A stretch of 35,750 nucleotides of DNA from Chiloscyllium plagiosum (lineage: Eukaryota). Positions within the stretch are counted from its first letter, which is position 1, and each line of letters begins with the position of its first letter. The DNA lies in NCBI RefSeq assembly GCF_004010195.1, contig NC_057719.1, forward strand, positions 3,597,588 through 3,633,337, written 5' to 3'. A program made the position numbers and the translations under genes. The notes under the pieces are model-generated. The model made no database searches. It worked only from the letters and a program-made list of their open reading frames with translations, and was not told the origin of the DNA. Below are positions 1-12,009 of this stretch, piece by piece.

Positions 1-50
1 ACTCTGATCTAAACTCTGGTTTCCAGCATCTGCAGTCCTCACTTTTGCCT
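1..50 (+). mobile_element. 3' tip of a PLE terminal fragment
   Basis: ACTCTGGTTTCCAGCATCTGCAGTCCTCACTTT matches the ends of the other copies. Confidence 0.7.
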
Positions 51-492
51 AAACTGTGTGAGCTGGCATTCGATTATCGAACACTCGATAAAACACTCCG
101 CACCCATGTCATTCAGTGAATCGAGGGTCCTTTGTATTGCAAAAATGGCCTAACCAATGTCCTGTCCACAACATGGCCTCCTAACTCCTATACGCAATGC
201 TCTGGCCAATAAAGGAAAGCATACCAAACACCTTCTTCACTATCCTGTCTACCTGTGACTCCACTTTCAAGGAACTATGAACCTGCAAGTGGAACTGATG
301 TCCCTGATGAGCTTACAAGAGAGTACCAAAGCTAAGGTAATTGCATTGACAGATAAACTAGAAGTGGGCTTGCCTGAAGGAGATAGGAATAATCGAAAGA
401 AAGATTAGCACTGCATTTTGATTTCACAGAGATACAGAAGAGACCAGGGACTCCAGGTAGTGAGACATCATAGTCAGTCACTGTTAAGTTAC

Positions 493-633
493 GAAAGTAG
501 GTACTGCAGATGCTGGAGATGAGAGTCAAGATTAGAGTGGTGCTGGAAAAGCACAGCAGGTCAGGCAGCATCCGGGGAGCAGGAAAATCGATGTTTCGGC
601 CAAAAGCCCTTCATCAGGAATAGATTCCTGTAG
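493..633 (-). mobile_element. PLE-derived mini-element with hammerhead motif
   Basis: Same PLE terminal sequence as other copies; TSD TGTTAAGTTAC 482-492 / 634-644; short inverted stub CAGGAA-TAGA-TTCCTG. Confidence 0.8.
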
Positions 634-656
634 TGTTAAGTTACAGTTCAACCATT

Positions 657-1320
657 TTAAGCATTAGGAAACATTTTTAAAAAAGCTGACAGAATCTCAA
701 AGTAAGCAGGATCCCATTTAACACAGAGATGAGGAAGAACTACTCTCAGAGGATAGTAAATCTATGGAATTCTTTATGCAGAGGGCTGTTGAGGCTGGAT
801 GTTAAACTTAGTCAAGGCTGCGAGAGACAACGTTTTAGTCAGTAAGGGAATGAAGAGGAAAAGGCTAGAAAGTGGAGTTGAGGGTTACCAGATCATAGGA
901 AGATGAGAAAATAGGGACATCAGAACAGGAGGAGGCCATTCAACCCCTTGATTCCGTTCCACCATTCAATGAGATCATGTCTGATCTGTGGTCTCACCCC
1001 ATGTACCTGCCTTTGGCCCATATCCCTTAATATCTTTGCTGCCTAAAAATGAATCTGTCTCAGATTTAAAATTAATGACTGACCCAGCATCCACCACTGT
1101 ATCTGGAAGAGAGTTCCAAACCTTTGCCCCTCTCTGTGTGTACAAGTGGCTTCCTAACATTTTCCCTGAATGGTCTGGCCCTAATTTTCAGACTTTGCCT
1201 CCAGTTCTAGAATCCCCAACCAGTGGGGGATTATTAGTTTAACAGCCATAATCTAATGGGATAGTGAAGCAGACTTGATGGGCTGAATGGCCTACTTCTG
1301 CTCCTCTGTCTTGTGGTCAG
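657..1320. mobile_element. Plus-strand CR1 3' end interrupted by a minus-strand CR1 3' end (~894-1228)
   Basis: Minus KVWNSLPDTVVDAGSVINFKSE; plus tail GATGGGCTGAATGGCCTACTTCTGCTCC. Confidence 0.75.
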
Positions 1321-1659
1321 ATGATGTACTTCAGCATTCTTGGATAGAAAGGTAGACGACACCACCTACCGGTCAGACCTCTACATTGCTTCAACTATAC
1401 CATTTTTTAAAAAAATTCACAGATCAACAACACCTCATGAAGCCATTCGTTCCTTATTGTGGACTCAAATTGTACATCTACAATCTGAATACATTTCCTG
1501 GAGAATGTGTCAGAGTGGCAAATTGGCCCACTTTACATACCATCTCCAGATGGTATAACGTTTGGGTGGGTTGGACCCTGTCTGCACCTTATTTACAGAC
1601 ACTGTCATACTGGATAAAGAAGGATTTCTTTTTAGTTTGAGCCTTTCTTATCTGCAGAA

Positions 1660-1854
1660 CATAAAAATATGTTGTTAGAAAAGCGCAGCAGGTCAGGCAG
1701 CATCAAAGGAGCAGGAGAATCGACATTTCGGGCACAAGCCCTTCTTCAGGAAGCCCTTCTTCTCCTGTTCCTTTGATGCTGCCTGACCCGCTGCGCTTTT
1801 CCAGCAACACATTTTTAAGTTCTGATCTCCAGCATCTGCAGTCCTCACTTCCTC
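1660..1854. mobile_element. Palindromic PLE-derived mini-element
   Basis: Head-to-head inverted PLE termini; TSD ATCTGCAGAA 1650-1659 / 1855-1864. Confidence 0.8.
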
Positions 1855-2326
1855 ATCTGCAGAATGTCCAATGAAGTGTAGAGACCATAGCAAAGTGTGA
1901 AACATGGTGAGAGAATTCAGGCCCAGGTTACCCAATTATTGGACAATGAGGACCAGGAGCCAGCGAAACTTCTGCTGTGGTAACGATATGTTTCCTGAGA
2001 TAAGGAGACCAAAACTGCACACTGCACTCAAGGTACGTTGTAACTAAGCTCCTGTCGGACTCTTCCAATTCACTGCTCCTGTACTCAAATCCTCTTGTAA
2101 TAAAAGCTAACATTCCACTAGCCTTCCTTGTAGCTCACTGCACCTGCATGTTAGTCTTCAGTGAGTCATCAACTAAGTTGTTCGGGTCCCTTTGTACATC
2201 CTCTCCTTCTACTATTTTGCCATTAAAAAAGTACACTGCACATCTGATCTTCCTGTTAAAGTGGAGAACCTCACATTTCCCACATTATACTCCATCAGCC
2301 ATGTTCTTATTCATTAAGCCTGTCTA

Positions 2327-2625
2327 GGGTGGCACAGTGGTTAGCACTGCTGTCTCACAGCGCCAGAGACCTGGGTTCAATTCCCGCCTCAGGCAACTGT
2401 CTGTGTGGAGTTTGCACATTCTCCCCGTGTCTGCGTGGGTTTCCTCCAGGTGCTCCGGTTTCCTCACACAGTCCAACGATGTGCAGGCCAGGTGAATTGG
2501 CCATGCTGAATTGCCCGTAGTGTTAGGCGTAGGGGAATGGGTCTGGGTGGGTTGCTCTTCGGTGGGTCGGTGTGGACTGATTGGGCCAAAGGGCCTGTTT
2601 CCACACTGTAAGTAATCTAATCTAA
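2327..2625 (+). mobile_element. HE1-type V-SINE
   Basis: tRNA-derived head with A box TGGCACAGTGG and B box GGTTCAATTCC, V-domain GGGTTTCCTCC.GGTGCTCCGGTTTCCTC, CR1-like tail and (AATCT)n. Confidence 0.92.
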
Positions 2626-4436
2626 AATCTTCCTGAAGCCACCTTACAGCTTCCTCATGACACACATTTCCACTTTGCCTTGTGTCCTCTGCAAATGTGG
2701 GAATGTTGTATTTCGTCCTCCCCTCCAAACCATTGGTAAATATAGTGAACAGATGAGACCCAAGTAGTGATCCTTGTGGTACTCACTAGTTATATTCTGC
2801 CACCTTGAGAACGATTCATTTATTTTTACTCTTTGTTTTCCGGCCATTAGTCTATCATCCATCTATATAGTACATTACTTCCCTGTTATCCCAGGTGTTG
2901 TTATATTTCTAACTAGTTTCCTGTGAGGGATTTTGTTAAAAGTCTGAAAATCCAAGTAAATTACATCCATCAACAATTTTGTTAGTAAAAAAATCCCCAA
3001 ATTCCTCAAATACAATTCCCATTCACAAATCCATGCTGAAAATGTCCAGTCAGATCATTATTATCCAAACCCAATTATCACATTCTTTAAAATAGATTCC
3101 AGTATTTTCCCTACAACTGATACAAGTATTTAACCCATTTTCAATCTCTCTTGTTTCTTAAATAGTGGATCTGTAAGAATCATTCCAGAATCTTTAGGAC
3201 ACTGAAAGATAATCACCAATGCATTGATTAACTCTGTAGTCACGTCCTTCAACACTCTGGGATGTAGAATATCAGCTCCTGGGGATGTAACATTTTCCAG
3301 GTTTCTTTAGTTTCTCTGGTACAATCTCATAGAGTCTTAGAGTCATAGAGATGTACAGCTCAGAAACAGACTCTTTGGTCCAACTCGTCCATGCCGACCA
3401 GATATCTTAAATTAATCTAGTCCCATTTGCCAGCACTTGGCACATATCCCCCTAAACCCTTCCTGTTCATTTACCCATCCAGATGTCTTTTAAATGCTGT
3501 AATTGTACCAGTCTCTACAACTTCCTCTGGCAGCTCATTCCATATACACACCACCCTCTGCATGAAAAGTTGCCCCTCAGGTCTCTTTTAACTCTTTCTC
3601 CTCTCACCTATGCCACCTAGTTTCCTTCAACTTTCTTCTCCCTACTTACTAGGTCGAGGAGATTTCTTGTACCTTCATCAGTGAAAACGGACATAAAGTA
3701 ATCATTTAACTTCTCTGCCATTTTTCTATTCCCCCATTATAAATCCTCCTTACATAACCTATAATGGACCCACATTCAGCTTAGCCAGACATTTCCTTTT
3801 TAAGTACCTAAGGAAGCTTTTACAATCCACTATTATGTGTATTTTTGCCAGACTGCATTCAAACTCTATTCTCCTGTTCTTTCCCAGTTTTTGGTCCCCT
3901 CTTTGTTGTATTCTAAAAACTCTCAGTCCTTAGATTTACCGATCTGGCAATTTTATAAGCTTTATCCTATAATCTTGTGCAAATCTTAATTTCTTTAGTT
4001 AGTCACAAGTCACTTTTGTTGGCTGTTTTCGCCCCTTGAATAATGTATAATTGCTATACGTTCTGTAATAACTTCTGTTAAAGACTATCTGTTGCCTATG
4101 TACAGTCATGCCTTTTTAATGTATTTTCTTAATCTTTCTTAACTAATTTGTGAATCATACCTTTATAATTTCCCTTATTCAAAATTAACACCCTTGCTTC
4201 GGATTGGGGTACTTAATTTTCAAAAATTATGTAAATTCTATCATATTGTGGCCCTTTTGAAAAAAAAGTTATTAATTCTTCCTTTTTTATTACATTTTAT
4301 GAGAATAAAATTAGCCTGCTCTCTAGTCAGCTCTCCAATATGCCGATCAAGAAACCCACACCTAACACATTCCAGAAACTCCTCCTCCACAGCTTTAACG
4401 TTCGATTAGTTTACCCTGTCTATGTGCATATTGAAG

Positions 4437-4650
4437 AATGTGGGGCTGGAAAACAGAGCAGGCCAGACAGCATCCGAGGAGCAGGAGAATCGATGTTTTG
4501 GGCATAAGCCTTTCTTCAGGAATTCCTGAAGAAGGGCCTATGCCTGAAACATTGATCCTCCTGCTCCTCGGATACTGCCTGGCCTGCTGTGTTTTTCCAG
4601 CACCACATTTTTCAACTCTGGTCTCCAGCATCTGCAGTCCTCACTTTCTC
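4437..4650. mobile_element. Palindromic PLE-derived mini-element, hammerhead motif in each arm
   Basis: ~86-bp inverted arms centred on GGAATTCC (4519-4526); perfect 17-bp TSD CTATGTGCATATTGAAG 4420-4436 / 4651-4667. Confidence 0.88.
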
Positions 4651-4799
4651 CTATGTGCATATTGAAGTCACACACTGACTCGCTCTGCCATATACATTCA
4701 ATGACCCAGTCTCCAGCTCTTTGATGAGCATCCCACACGATAATAACTATCTGAGAAAAAGAAAGTAATTTCATCTCCACCTTAAAACTCTGCCTTTCC

Positions 4800-5576
4800 T
4801 ATCAGAGTGAACAATGACACGTCCCTCCACATCGGCCAATTATTTATCCATCATGTTATTACATCATCCTTATCAATCACACTTCTACCTCGTTTTATGT
4901 TGTCAGCAAACTTGGAAGTATTTCATTTAATTCCTTCATCCAAATCGGTGATTCCTGATGTGAATGACTGGGACCCAAGTACTGATCCCTGCATTAGCCC
5001 ACTTGCATCTGGTTTCTACTTGAAAGGTGACTCATTTGTTCTTACTGTTTATTCCCTCTCTGCTAACCAATTCTCAATCCATGCCAGCGTATTTCCGGCA
5101 ATCCTATGTACTTTGACTTTACAGAATAATCACTTATGGAGTCATAGAGTCATAGAGATGCACAACACGGAAAAAACCTTTCGGTCCAACTTGTTCATGC
5201 CAACCAGATATCCCAACCCAATCTAGTCCCATCAGCCAGCACTTGGCCCATATCCCTCTAAACCCTTCCTATTCATATGCCCATTCAGATGTCTTTTAAA
5301 TGTTGCAACTGTACCAGCCTCCACCACTTCCTCTGGCAGCTCATTCCATGCACGTACCACCCTCTGTGTGAAAAAGTTGCCCCTAAAGGTCACTTTTACA
5401 TCTGTCCACTCTCACCCTAAACCTTTGCCCTCTAGTTCTGGACTGCCCCACCCCAGGGAAAAGACCTTGCCTATTTACCCTATCCATGCCCCTCATGATT
5501 TTGTAAACCTCTATAAGGTCACCCCTCAGCCTCCGATGCTCCAGGGAAAACAGCCCTAGCCTATTCAACCTCTCCC
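4800..5576 (-). mobile_element. CR1 fragments (RT remnant; young 3' end from 5140)
   Basis: ERLNRLGLFSLEHRRLRGDLIEVYKIMRG; (GTCATAGA)n tail. Confidence 0.85.
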
Positions 5577-6568
5577 NNNNNNNNNNNNNNNNNNNNNNNN
5601 NNNNNNNNNNNNNNNNNNNNNNNNNNNNNNNNNNNNNNNNNNNNNNNNNNNNNNNNNNNNNNNNNNNNNNNNNNNNNNNNNNNNNNNNNNNNNNNNNNNN
5701 NNNNNNNNNNNNNNNNNNNNNNNNNNNNNNNNNNNNNNNNNNNNNNNNNNNNNNNNNNNNNNNNNNNNNNNNNNNNNNNNNNNNNNNNNNNNNNNNNNNN
5801 NNNNNNNNNNNNNNNNNNNNNNNNNNNNNNNNNNNNNNNNNNNNNNNNNNNNNNNNNNNNNNNNNNNNNNNNNNNNNNNNNNNNNNNNNNNNNNNNNNNN
5901 NNNNNNNNNNNNNNNNNNNNNNNNNNNNNNNNNNNNNNNNNNNNNNNNNNNNNNNNNNNNNNNNNNNNNNNNNNNNNNNNNNNNNNNNNNNNNNNNNNNN
6001 NNNNNNNNNNNNNNNNNNNNNNNNNNNNNNNNNNNNNNNNNNNNNNNNNNNNNNNNNNNNNNNNNNNNNNNNNNNNNNNNNNNNNNNNNNNNNNNNNNNN
6101 NNNNNNNNNNNNNNNNNNNNNNNNNNNNNNNNNNNNNNNNNNNNNNNNNNNNNNNNNNNNNNNNNNNNNNNNNNNNNNNNNNNNNNNNNNNNNNNNNNNN
6201 NNNNNNNNNNNNNNNNNNNNNNNNNNNNNNNNNNNNNNNNNNNNNNNNNNNNNNNNNNNNNNNNNNNNNNNNNNNNNNNNNNNNNNNNNNNNNNNNNNNN
6301 NNNNNNNNNNNNNNNNNNNNNNNNNNNNNNNNNNNNNNNNNNNNNNNNNNNNNNNNNNNNNNNNNNNNNNNNNNNNNNNNNNNNNNNNNNNNNNNNNNNN
6401 NNNNNNNNNNNNNNNNNNNNNNNNNNNNNNNNNNNNNNNNNNNNNNNNNNNNNNNNNNNNNNNNNNNNNNNNNNNNNNNNNNNNNNNNNNNNNNNNNNNN
6501 NNNNNNNNNNNNNNNNNNNNNNNNNNNNNNNNNNNNNNNNNNNNNNNNNNNNNNNNNNNNNNNNNNNN
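5577..6568. other. Assembly gap
   Basis: Run of N. Confidence 1.
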
Positions 6569-6771
6569 ACTACGGGCAATTTAGCATGGCCAATTCACCT
6601 AACCTGCACATCTTTGGACTGTGGGACGAAACCGGAGCACCCGGAGGAAACCCACGCAGACACGGGGAGAACGTGCAAACTCCACACAGTCAGTCGCCTG
6701 AGGCGGGAATTGAACCAGGGTCTCTGGCGCTGTGAGACAGCAGTGCTAACCACTGTGCTATTGTGTCGCCC
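6569..6771 (-). mobile_element. HE1-type V-SINE (3' part in gap)
   Basis: Reverse complement of the 2327-2625 head and V-domain. Confidence 0.9.
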
Positions 6772-7770
6772 ACATTATACACTTAATGGTAAGGTCCTAC
6801 GGAGTGTTGTTGAACAAAGAGACTTGGAATGCAGGTTCATAGCTCCTTGAAAGTGGAGTTGAAGGTAGATTCATATAGCACAGAACCAGACCCTTCGGTC
6901 CAACTAGTTCATGCTGAACATAATCCCAAACTAAACTAGTCCCACCTTCCTGCTCCTGGCCCATATCCCTCCAAACCTTTCTGATTCATGGGCACTACCT
7001 AAGTGTCTTTTAAATGTTGCAAATGTGTCTGCATCCATCACTTCCTCTGGAAGTTCATTCCACACATGAACCATCCTCTGTGTATAAAAATTTGCCCTCA
7101 TGTCTTTTTTAAATCTCTCTCCTCTCACTTTAAAAATGGGCCCCCTAATCTTGAAATCCCCCACCCTAGGGAAAAGACAACTACCATTAACTTTATCTGT
7201 AACCTTCATTATTTTATGAACCTCGATAAGCCTCTTAAATGGGACTTTATCAAAAGCTTTCTGTAGGCACAAATACACCACGTCAATTGATTTTCCCTCA
7301 TCTATTCTACTAGTTATATCCTCAAAAAACTCCAGTAGGTTTGTAAAGCATAATTTCCCATTCATTAATCCATGTTAACTTTGTGTAATACCAATGTAAG
7401 TTTTAAATGTCATATTACCACTCCAACATTTTCCCTACTCTTTATGGTCGGCTAACAGACCTGTAATTCCCAGTTTTCCAGCATTTTCCCTACTCTTGAT
7501 GGTCAGCTAACAGATCTGTAATTCCCAGTTTTCTCCCTCCAGAATCAACAGAATTTTAAAAGCTGACAATCAACCAATCCATTATTTCCATGGCCACTTC
7601 CTTTAGTACCCAGGGATGGAGATTAATAAGCCCAGTAGAACAATCAGCTTTCAGTTCAGTTAATTTCTCCAACACTACTTTTTTTAGATAAAATTTCCTT
7701 CAATTACTGTTTCCTAAAAGATCCTTGCTGCCCAAGCATGTCGGGAAACTTCCTCGTGTCTTTCTCTGTG
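6772..7770 (-). mobile_element. Cluster of CR1 fragments (short plus piece 6772-6870, then minus)
   Basis: CFTNLLEFFED...QKAFDKVP fused to a WNELPEEV 3' end. Confidence 0.8.
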
Positions 7771-7776
7771 AAGCCT

Positions 7777-8090
7777 GGGGCGGTACAGTGGCTCAGCGGT
7801 TAGCGCTGCTGCCTCACAGCACCAGGGACCTGGGTTCGATCCCAGCCTCAGGTGACTGTCCGTGTGGAGTCCGTGTGGGTTTCTTCTGGATGCTCTGGCT
7901 TGCTCCCAAAGATGTGAAATTCAGGGTGGATTGGTCATGCTAAATTGCCCTTAGTGTCTGGGATATGCAAGCTAGCTGAATTAGCCAAGGGAAATGCAGG
8001 CTTACAGGGATAGGATGGGGTATACTTTGAAGGGTCGGTTTGGACTTGATGGCCTGATTGGCCTGTTTTAACACTGTAGGAATTCTATGA
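7777..8090 (+). mobile_element. Diverged HE1-type V-SINE
   Basis: A box TGGCTCAGCGG, B box GGTTCGATCCC, ATGCTAAATTGCCC, tail GGCCTGTTTTAACACTGTAGG. Confidence 0.85.
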
Positions 8091-8230
8091 AGTCAGTAAA
8101 AAAAATTTAGGTGTTCTGCCACTTTGTTGTTCTCCATTATCAATTAGCCCATTTCAGATGGCAGGGCCCCTCATTGATTGTTTCGTTCGTTTACAGACAG
8201 CATAGATGCCCTCACCATCTGCTTCCATTT

Positions 8231-8839
8231 TGTTATAGACCTGACCAATCCCTGTTAAAATATATTAAGAAGATAGCCTCGACCCTAACTTTTCCTTACT
8301 TTTAAAGGCAAGTAAGGTGTTGTGTTCTGATGCAATTCATTTGGTCAGACGACCAGGCTTGAAGCAAAATGCACTTTATTCTTACACAATAGCTAAAATA
8401 CAAACAAAGAAATAAGAATTGGAATAACAACACTATTGGAAAACTTAACAGAATAATAGATGATTTAGCTATGAAACAATAACTGTTCCAATATCGTAAC
8501 ATCCCATAAACACACCCTTGGCAAAGGCAAAATCAGTAAAATAGATTGTCTTTCTAGCAACAGGAAGAGAACCCCAGGTTTTAGCTGGGACAGAGAGGCA
8601 GAAGAGCTTCCACACCCAGCTTCAAGACCCCAGTTACTGCTGAAAACTAAACTAAACCTGATTCTGTAGGAGCATGACATCACTCATTCAGGATGCTTCT
8701 ATTGTTCCAAATTTTAAAAACCCTAAGGCCTCACAAGCTGTTCACTATATTTGCATAAAATAGACAGCTCGGTGCCTCTGTCTTAACTGCTCTTCATAAT
8801 AAAAACAAAATACACCTCTTAAAGCATTGTGTTGACACA
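8231..8839 (-). mobile_element. Solo LTR related to the 31350-32091 LTR
   Basis: TGTTAT...GACACA termini with 4-bp TSD ATTT (8227-8230 / 8840-8843); reverse complement aligns by eye with the 3' half of the downstream LTR; AATAAA on minus strand at 8375-8380. Confidence 0.8.
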
Positions 8840-8915
8840 ATTTTCCTTGCAAATTTACTTTTGTGCCCTGTCTTTCACTTCTTAATCAATCTCAGTTTTC
8901 TTTTGCTGAATTCTT

Positions 8916-9160
8916 GGTTAGGTTTAGGGGTAGGTTTAGGGGTAGGTTTAGGGCTAGGGCTAGGGCTAGGGCTAGGGCTCAGGTTAGGGTTAGGGCTAGT
9001 GTTAGGGTTAGGTTTAGCGTTAGGGTTAGGGATAGGGTTAGGGTTAGAGTTAGGTTTAGGNNNNNNNNNNNNNNNNNNNNNNNNNNNNNNNNNNNNNNNN
9101 NNNNNNNNGGGTGTGGGTTAGTGTTAGCTTTCATGTTAGGATTGAGGCCAGGGTTAGGGT
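8916..9160 (+). repeat. Degenerate interstitial telomere-like (TTAGGG)n array spanning a 48-N gap
   Basis: Hexamers TTAGGG, CTAGGG, TTAGGT, GTAGGT, ATAGGG, TTAGAG in register. Confidence 0.9.
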
Positions 9161-9184
9161 TGCTACGTTTTTGAGCAACTTGAT

Positions 9185-10065
9185 ATGACTACTCTTTGGA
9201 TCTAATACTATTCTTAATTTCTTTTGTGAACCATCGTTTTAGTGGTGTGGGATTTTAACTTCCCATATATTGACTGGGACTCACTATGTGCTCGGTGCTT
9301 GGATGGGTAAGAATTTGTAAGGACCATTTGGGAGGGTGTCTTGACACTGTTTGTAAATAGCCTATCCAGGGAAAGGGTTATACTGGACCTGGTTTTGGGA
9401 AATAAGGCTAGCCAGGTGAGTGAAGTTCCAGTGGAGGAGCTTTTTGGGATCAGAGACTTTAGGGCTTTAGGATGCACATTGATAGGGATAATGGCAGTCC
9501 TCGGGTGAAGATTGGAGGAGACAAAGATGTCTGTCAATGCTTCAGCAATTTGTTCTCTTGCCTCCCTCAATATTCTTGGATCCATCCCATCATGACCAGG
9601 GGACTTATCAACCTTAATATTTTATAAGACACACAACACCTCTTCCTTTGTAATAGCAACTTGGCTTAGAAACTCAACACTACATTCCCCAAGACTATCC
9701 TGTACCAATTCCTTCTCTTTGATGAATACTGACACAAAGTATTTGTTTAACCCTCACCTACCTCTCCTGTCTCCACACACACATTCCCTCTTTGTCCTTG
9801 AGTGGGCCAACCCTGTTCCTGTCTACCCTCTTGCATTTTATCGATGTATAAAAAGCCTTGGGATTCTCCTTAATCCTGTTTGCATACGATACCCCCTCAG
9901 TCTTCTAACCTGAGTATGGTCCCAGAGTCCTTAAATGTTTCTCATATGTTAAGCTTTTCATTCCTGGGGCCATTCGCGTGAACCTCCTCTGAACATACTT
10001 CAGGCCCAGAACATCCTTCCTGAGATATGGGGCCCAAAAGTGCACACAATACTTCAATACTACCA
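9185..10065. mobile_element. CR1 fragments in both orientations
   Basis: Plus DFNFPYIDW...ILDLVLGN (APE); minus PRILREAREQIAEALTDIF and YCVHFWAPYLRKD. Confidence 0.75.
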
Positions 10066-11450
10066 CCCATCGCGCCAAACAACCCATTCCCAATTTAGTT
10101 TAAAGCCCAGCCTACAGCCCTGGTTATGTTGGGACGGTTATGAAGACCGTCCTATCGGAACTGGTTCCTTCTTCCCCAGTACTGGTGCCAATGGCCCATG
10201 AATTCAAACCCATTTCTCCCACACCAATCTCTGAGCCACGCATTTACCTGCTAAATCTTATTGACCCTGTGCCAATTAGCTCGTGGCTCAGGTAATCATC
10301 CAGAGATTATTCCCTTTTTGGTTCTGCTTTTTAATTTAGCTCCTCGCTATTCATGCTCCCTTAGCAAAGCCTCTGCCCTAGTTTTATCCAAACCATTGGC
10401 ACCTATGTTGACCATGAGGACTGGATCTTTACCCTCCCATTCCAAATTCCTCTGCAGCCCAGATGAGGTATCCTGAGGCAGGCAATACAACCTTCGGGAC
10501 TCTCACAGAGAACAGTGTCTGTGCCCCTAACTCTACTATCCCCAGTTACACCAACATTTCTCTTCTCTAACCCCCCCCCGTGGAATGGCTCCCTGCACCA
10601 GAGCTGTGGTCGGTCAGCTCATCCTCCCCACAGTCCCTATTCCTGTCCACAGGGAGCCAAACTCTGGAACCTGTTGGGCATGGACAGGGGTTGAGGTCCT
10701 GCAACTCAACCTCCTGGATCCCTCCACCTATCTCACTCACAACCATACCCTGCTATTCCTGACCACTGGCCAAATTCAAGTTAATTAGTCTAAGGGGTGT
10801 GACTGTCTCCTGAAACACAGCGCCCAGGTAACTCTGCCCCTCCTTGATGTGTTGCAATGTCTGAAGCACAGACTCCAGCTCATCAACTCTGAGCCGGAGT
10901 TCTTTCAGTAACCAACATTTATTACAGCCATGGTCACTGAGAACCACAATGGGGTCCACCAGCTCCCATATCCCACAGAAACAACCTGACCCTTCACCCT
11001 TACTTTATTTAATTTGTTTTGAATTTGGCTTTTTTAATTTTCAACTTTTTTTCATCTCTGCTTATGCAAGTTGTAACCAACAAATTAACAAGATTCAATT
11101 TAACACAGGTTCAAATTTAGCAGACCTCTTATTAGCCAATCAAATCACAGCTGTCCTGTGACTACTTTTCATTTTCTCCTCAACCTCTTACACCTTCGCA
11201 AACTGCTCTCCGCTCAGCTCCCATCCCAACGTGCAGGCCCAAAATCCATGAGGTATGTGTTTATAATCACTTACCTTCCCAGGCTGCTCTCTGTTCTCTC
11301 CTGCTCAGCCCTGGGTCAATCTATTTACTCTGCTACCAACAAATTTCACAGCATCGCTCTTGACCTTGCCTCTTTTGTTTGGTTAGAGGAGGAGGGAAGG
11401 AGGGAAACACTGCTATGGGGTAAAGCTTGGGCCTTCAGCAATCCTTGATA
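10065..11450 (-). mobile_element. CR1 LINE 5' region (5' UTR + ORF1 remnants)
   Basis: Minus-strand CNKCWLLKELRLRVDELES (ORF1 coiled coil) and an SGNH-esterase-like VNAWLRDWCGRNGFEFMGHW segment; 5' boundary approximate. Confidence 0.7.
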
Positions 11451-11502
11451 CCAGGCCAATAACGATCTGCTCTTCAGTGCAGGTGACTACTTCCAGTCTG
11501 TA

Positions 11503-12005
11503 ATGTATGAATAAGAATGGGGTTTAGAGGGATATGGGCCGAGTGCTGGCAAATGGGATTAGATTAATTTAGGATATCTGGTCGGCATGGACAAGTTGGA
11601 CCAACAGTCTGTTTCTGTGCTATACATCTCTACAACTCTATGACAGGAGTGGTAACCTTTTTACACAGAGAGTGGTTCGTGTGTTGAATGACCTCCCTGA
11701 GGAATTGGTGGATGCAAATACAGTTACTAGATTCCAACTACATTTGGATTAGAATAGGAATAGCAAAGGTTTGGCAGGATATGGGGAGTCTGGTCAGCAT
11801 GGGCTGGTTGGATCAAAGGGTCTGTTTCTGTGCCATATGGCTGATCATCCTACTTGGACCACTGTTCTTGATTGCTCCCCCAAGCCCTTTGGTCCCTTTA
11901 ACCCTAAGAATTATCTCTAACTCCTTCCTGAAAATATTCAATGTTTTGGCCTCACCTGCTCTCTGAGGCAGAGAATTCTGGGTAAAGAAATGTTTCCTCA
12001 TCACC
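11503..12005. mobile_element. Three short CR1 3'-end fragments
   Basis: GAGGGATATGGGCC...CTCTATGAC tail; further WN.LPEE and NSLPQRA pieces. Confidence 0.75.
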
Positions 12006-12009
12006 TGGA

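Larger units (their letters stand above)
1925..4700 (-). mobile_element. Old, fragmented CR1 ORF2, hosting a SINE, a younger CR1 3' end (~3328-3622) and a PLE mini-element
   Basis: Minus LECSVQFWSPYLRK, FAEDT, KQRVKINESFSRW; (CATAGAGT)n tail at 3328-3348. Confidence 0.75.

Noticed and set aside
1536..1556. Small hairpin ATACCATCT-CC-AGATGGTAT
   Set aside because: A 9-bp stem is plausible by chance in 35 kb; no supporting context.
2327..2400. tRNA gene-like A/B boxes (also other SINE heads)
   Set aside because: Continue directly into the V-domain and CR1-like tail; SINE heads, not tRNA genes.
2580..2625. SINE 3' end shared with CR1 3' ends
   Set aside because: Real but already established (HE1 SINE / HER1 LINE partnership).
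5383..6579. Long ORFs of 398 aa here and 178-243 aa at 25519-26296
   Set aside because: Artefacts of translating through N gaps.
8861..9174. Gly-Leu / Arg-Val repeat ORFs
   Set aside because: Translations of the telomere-like hexamer array; no gene context.
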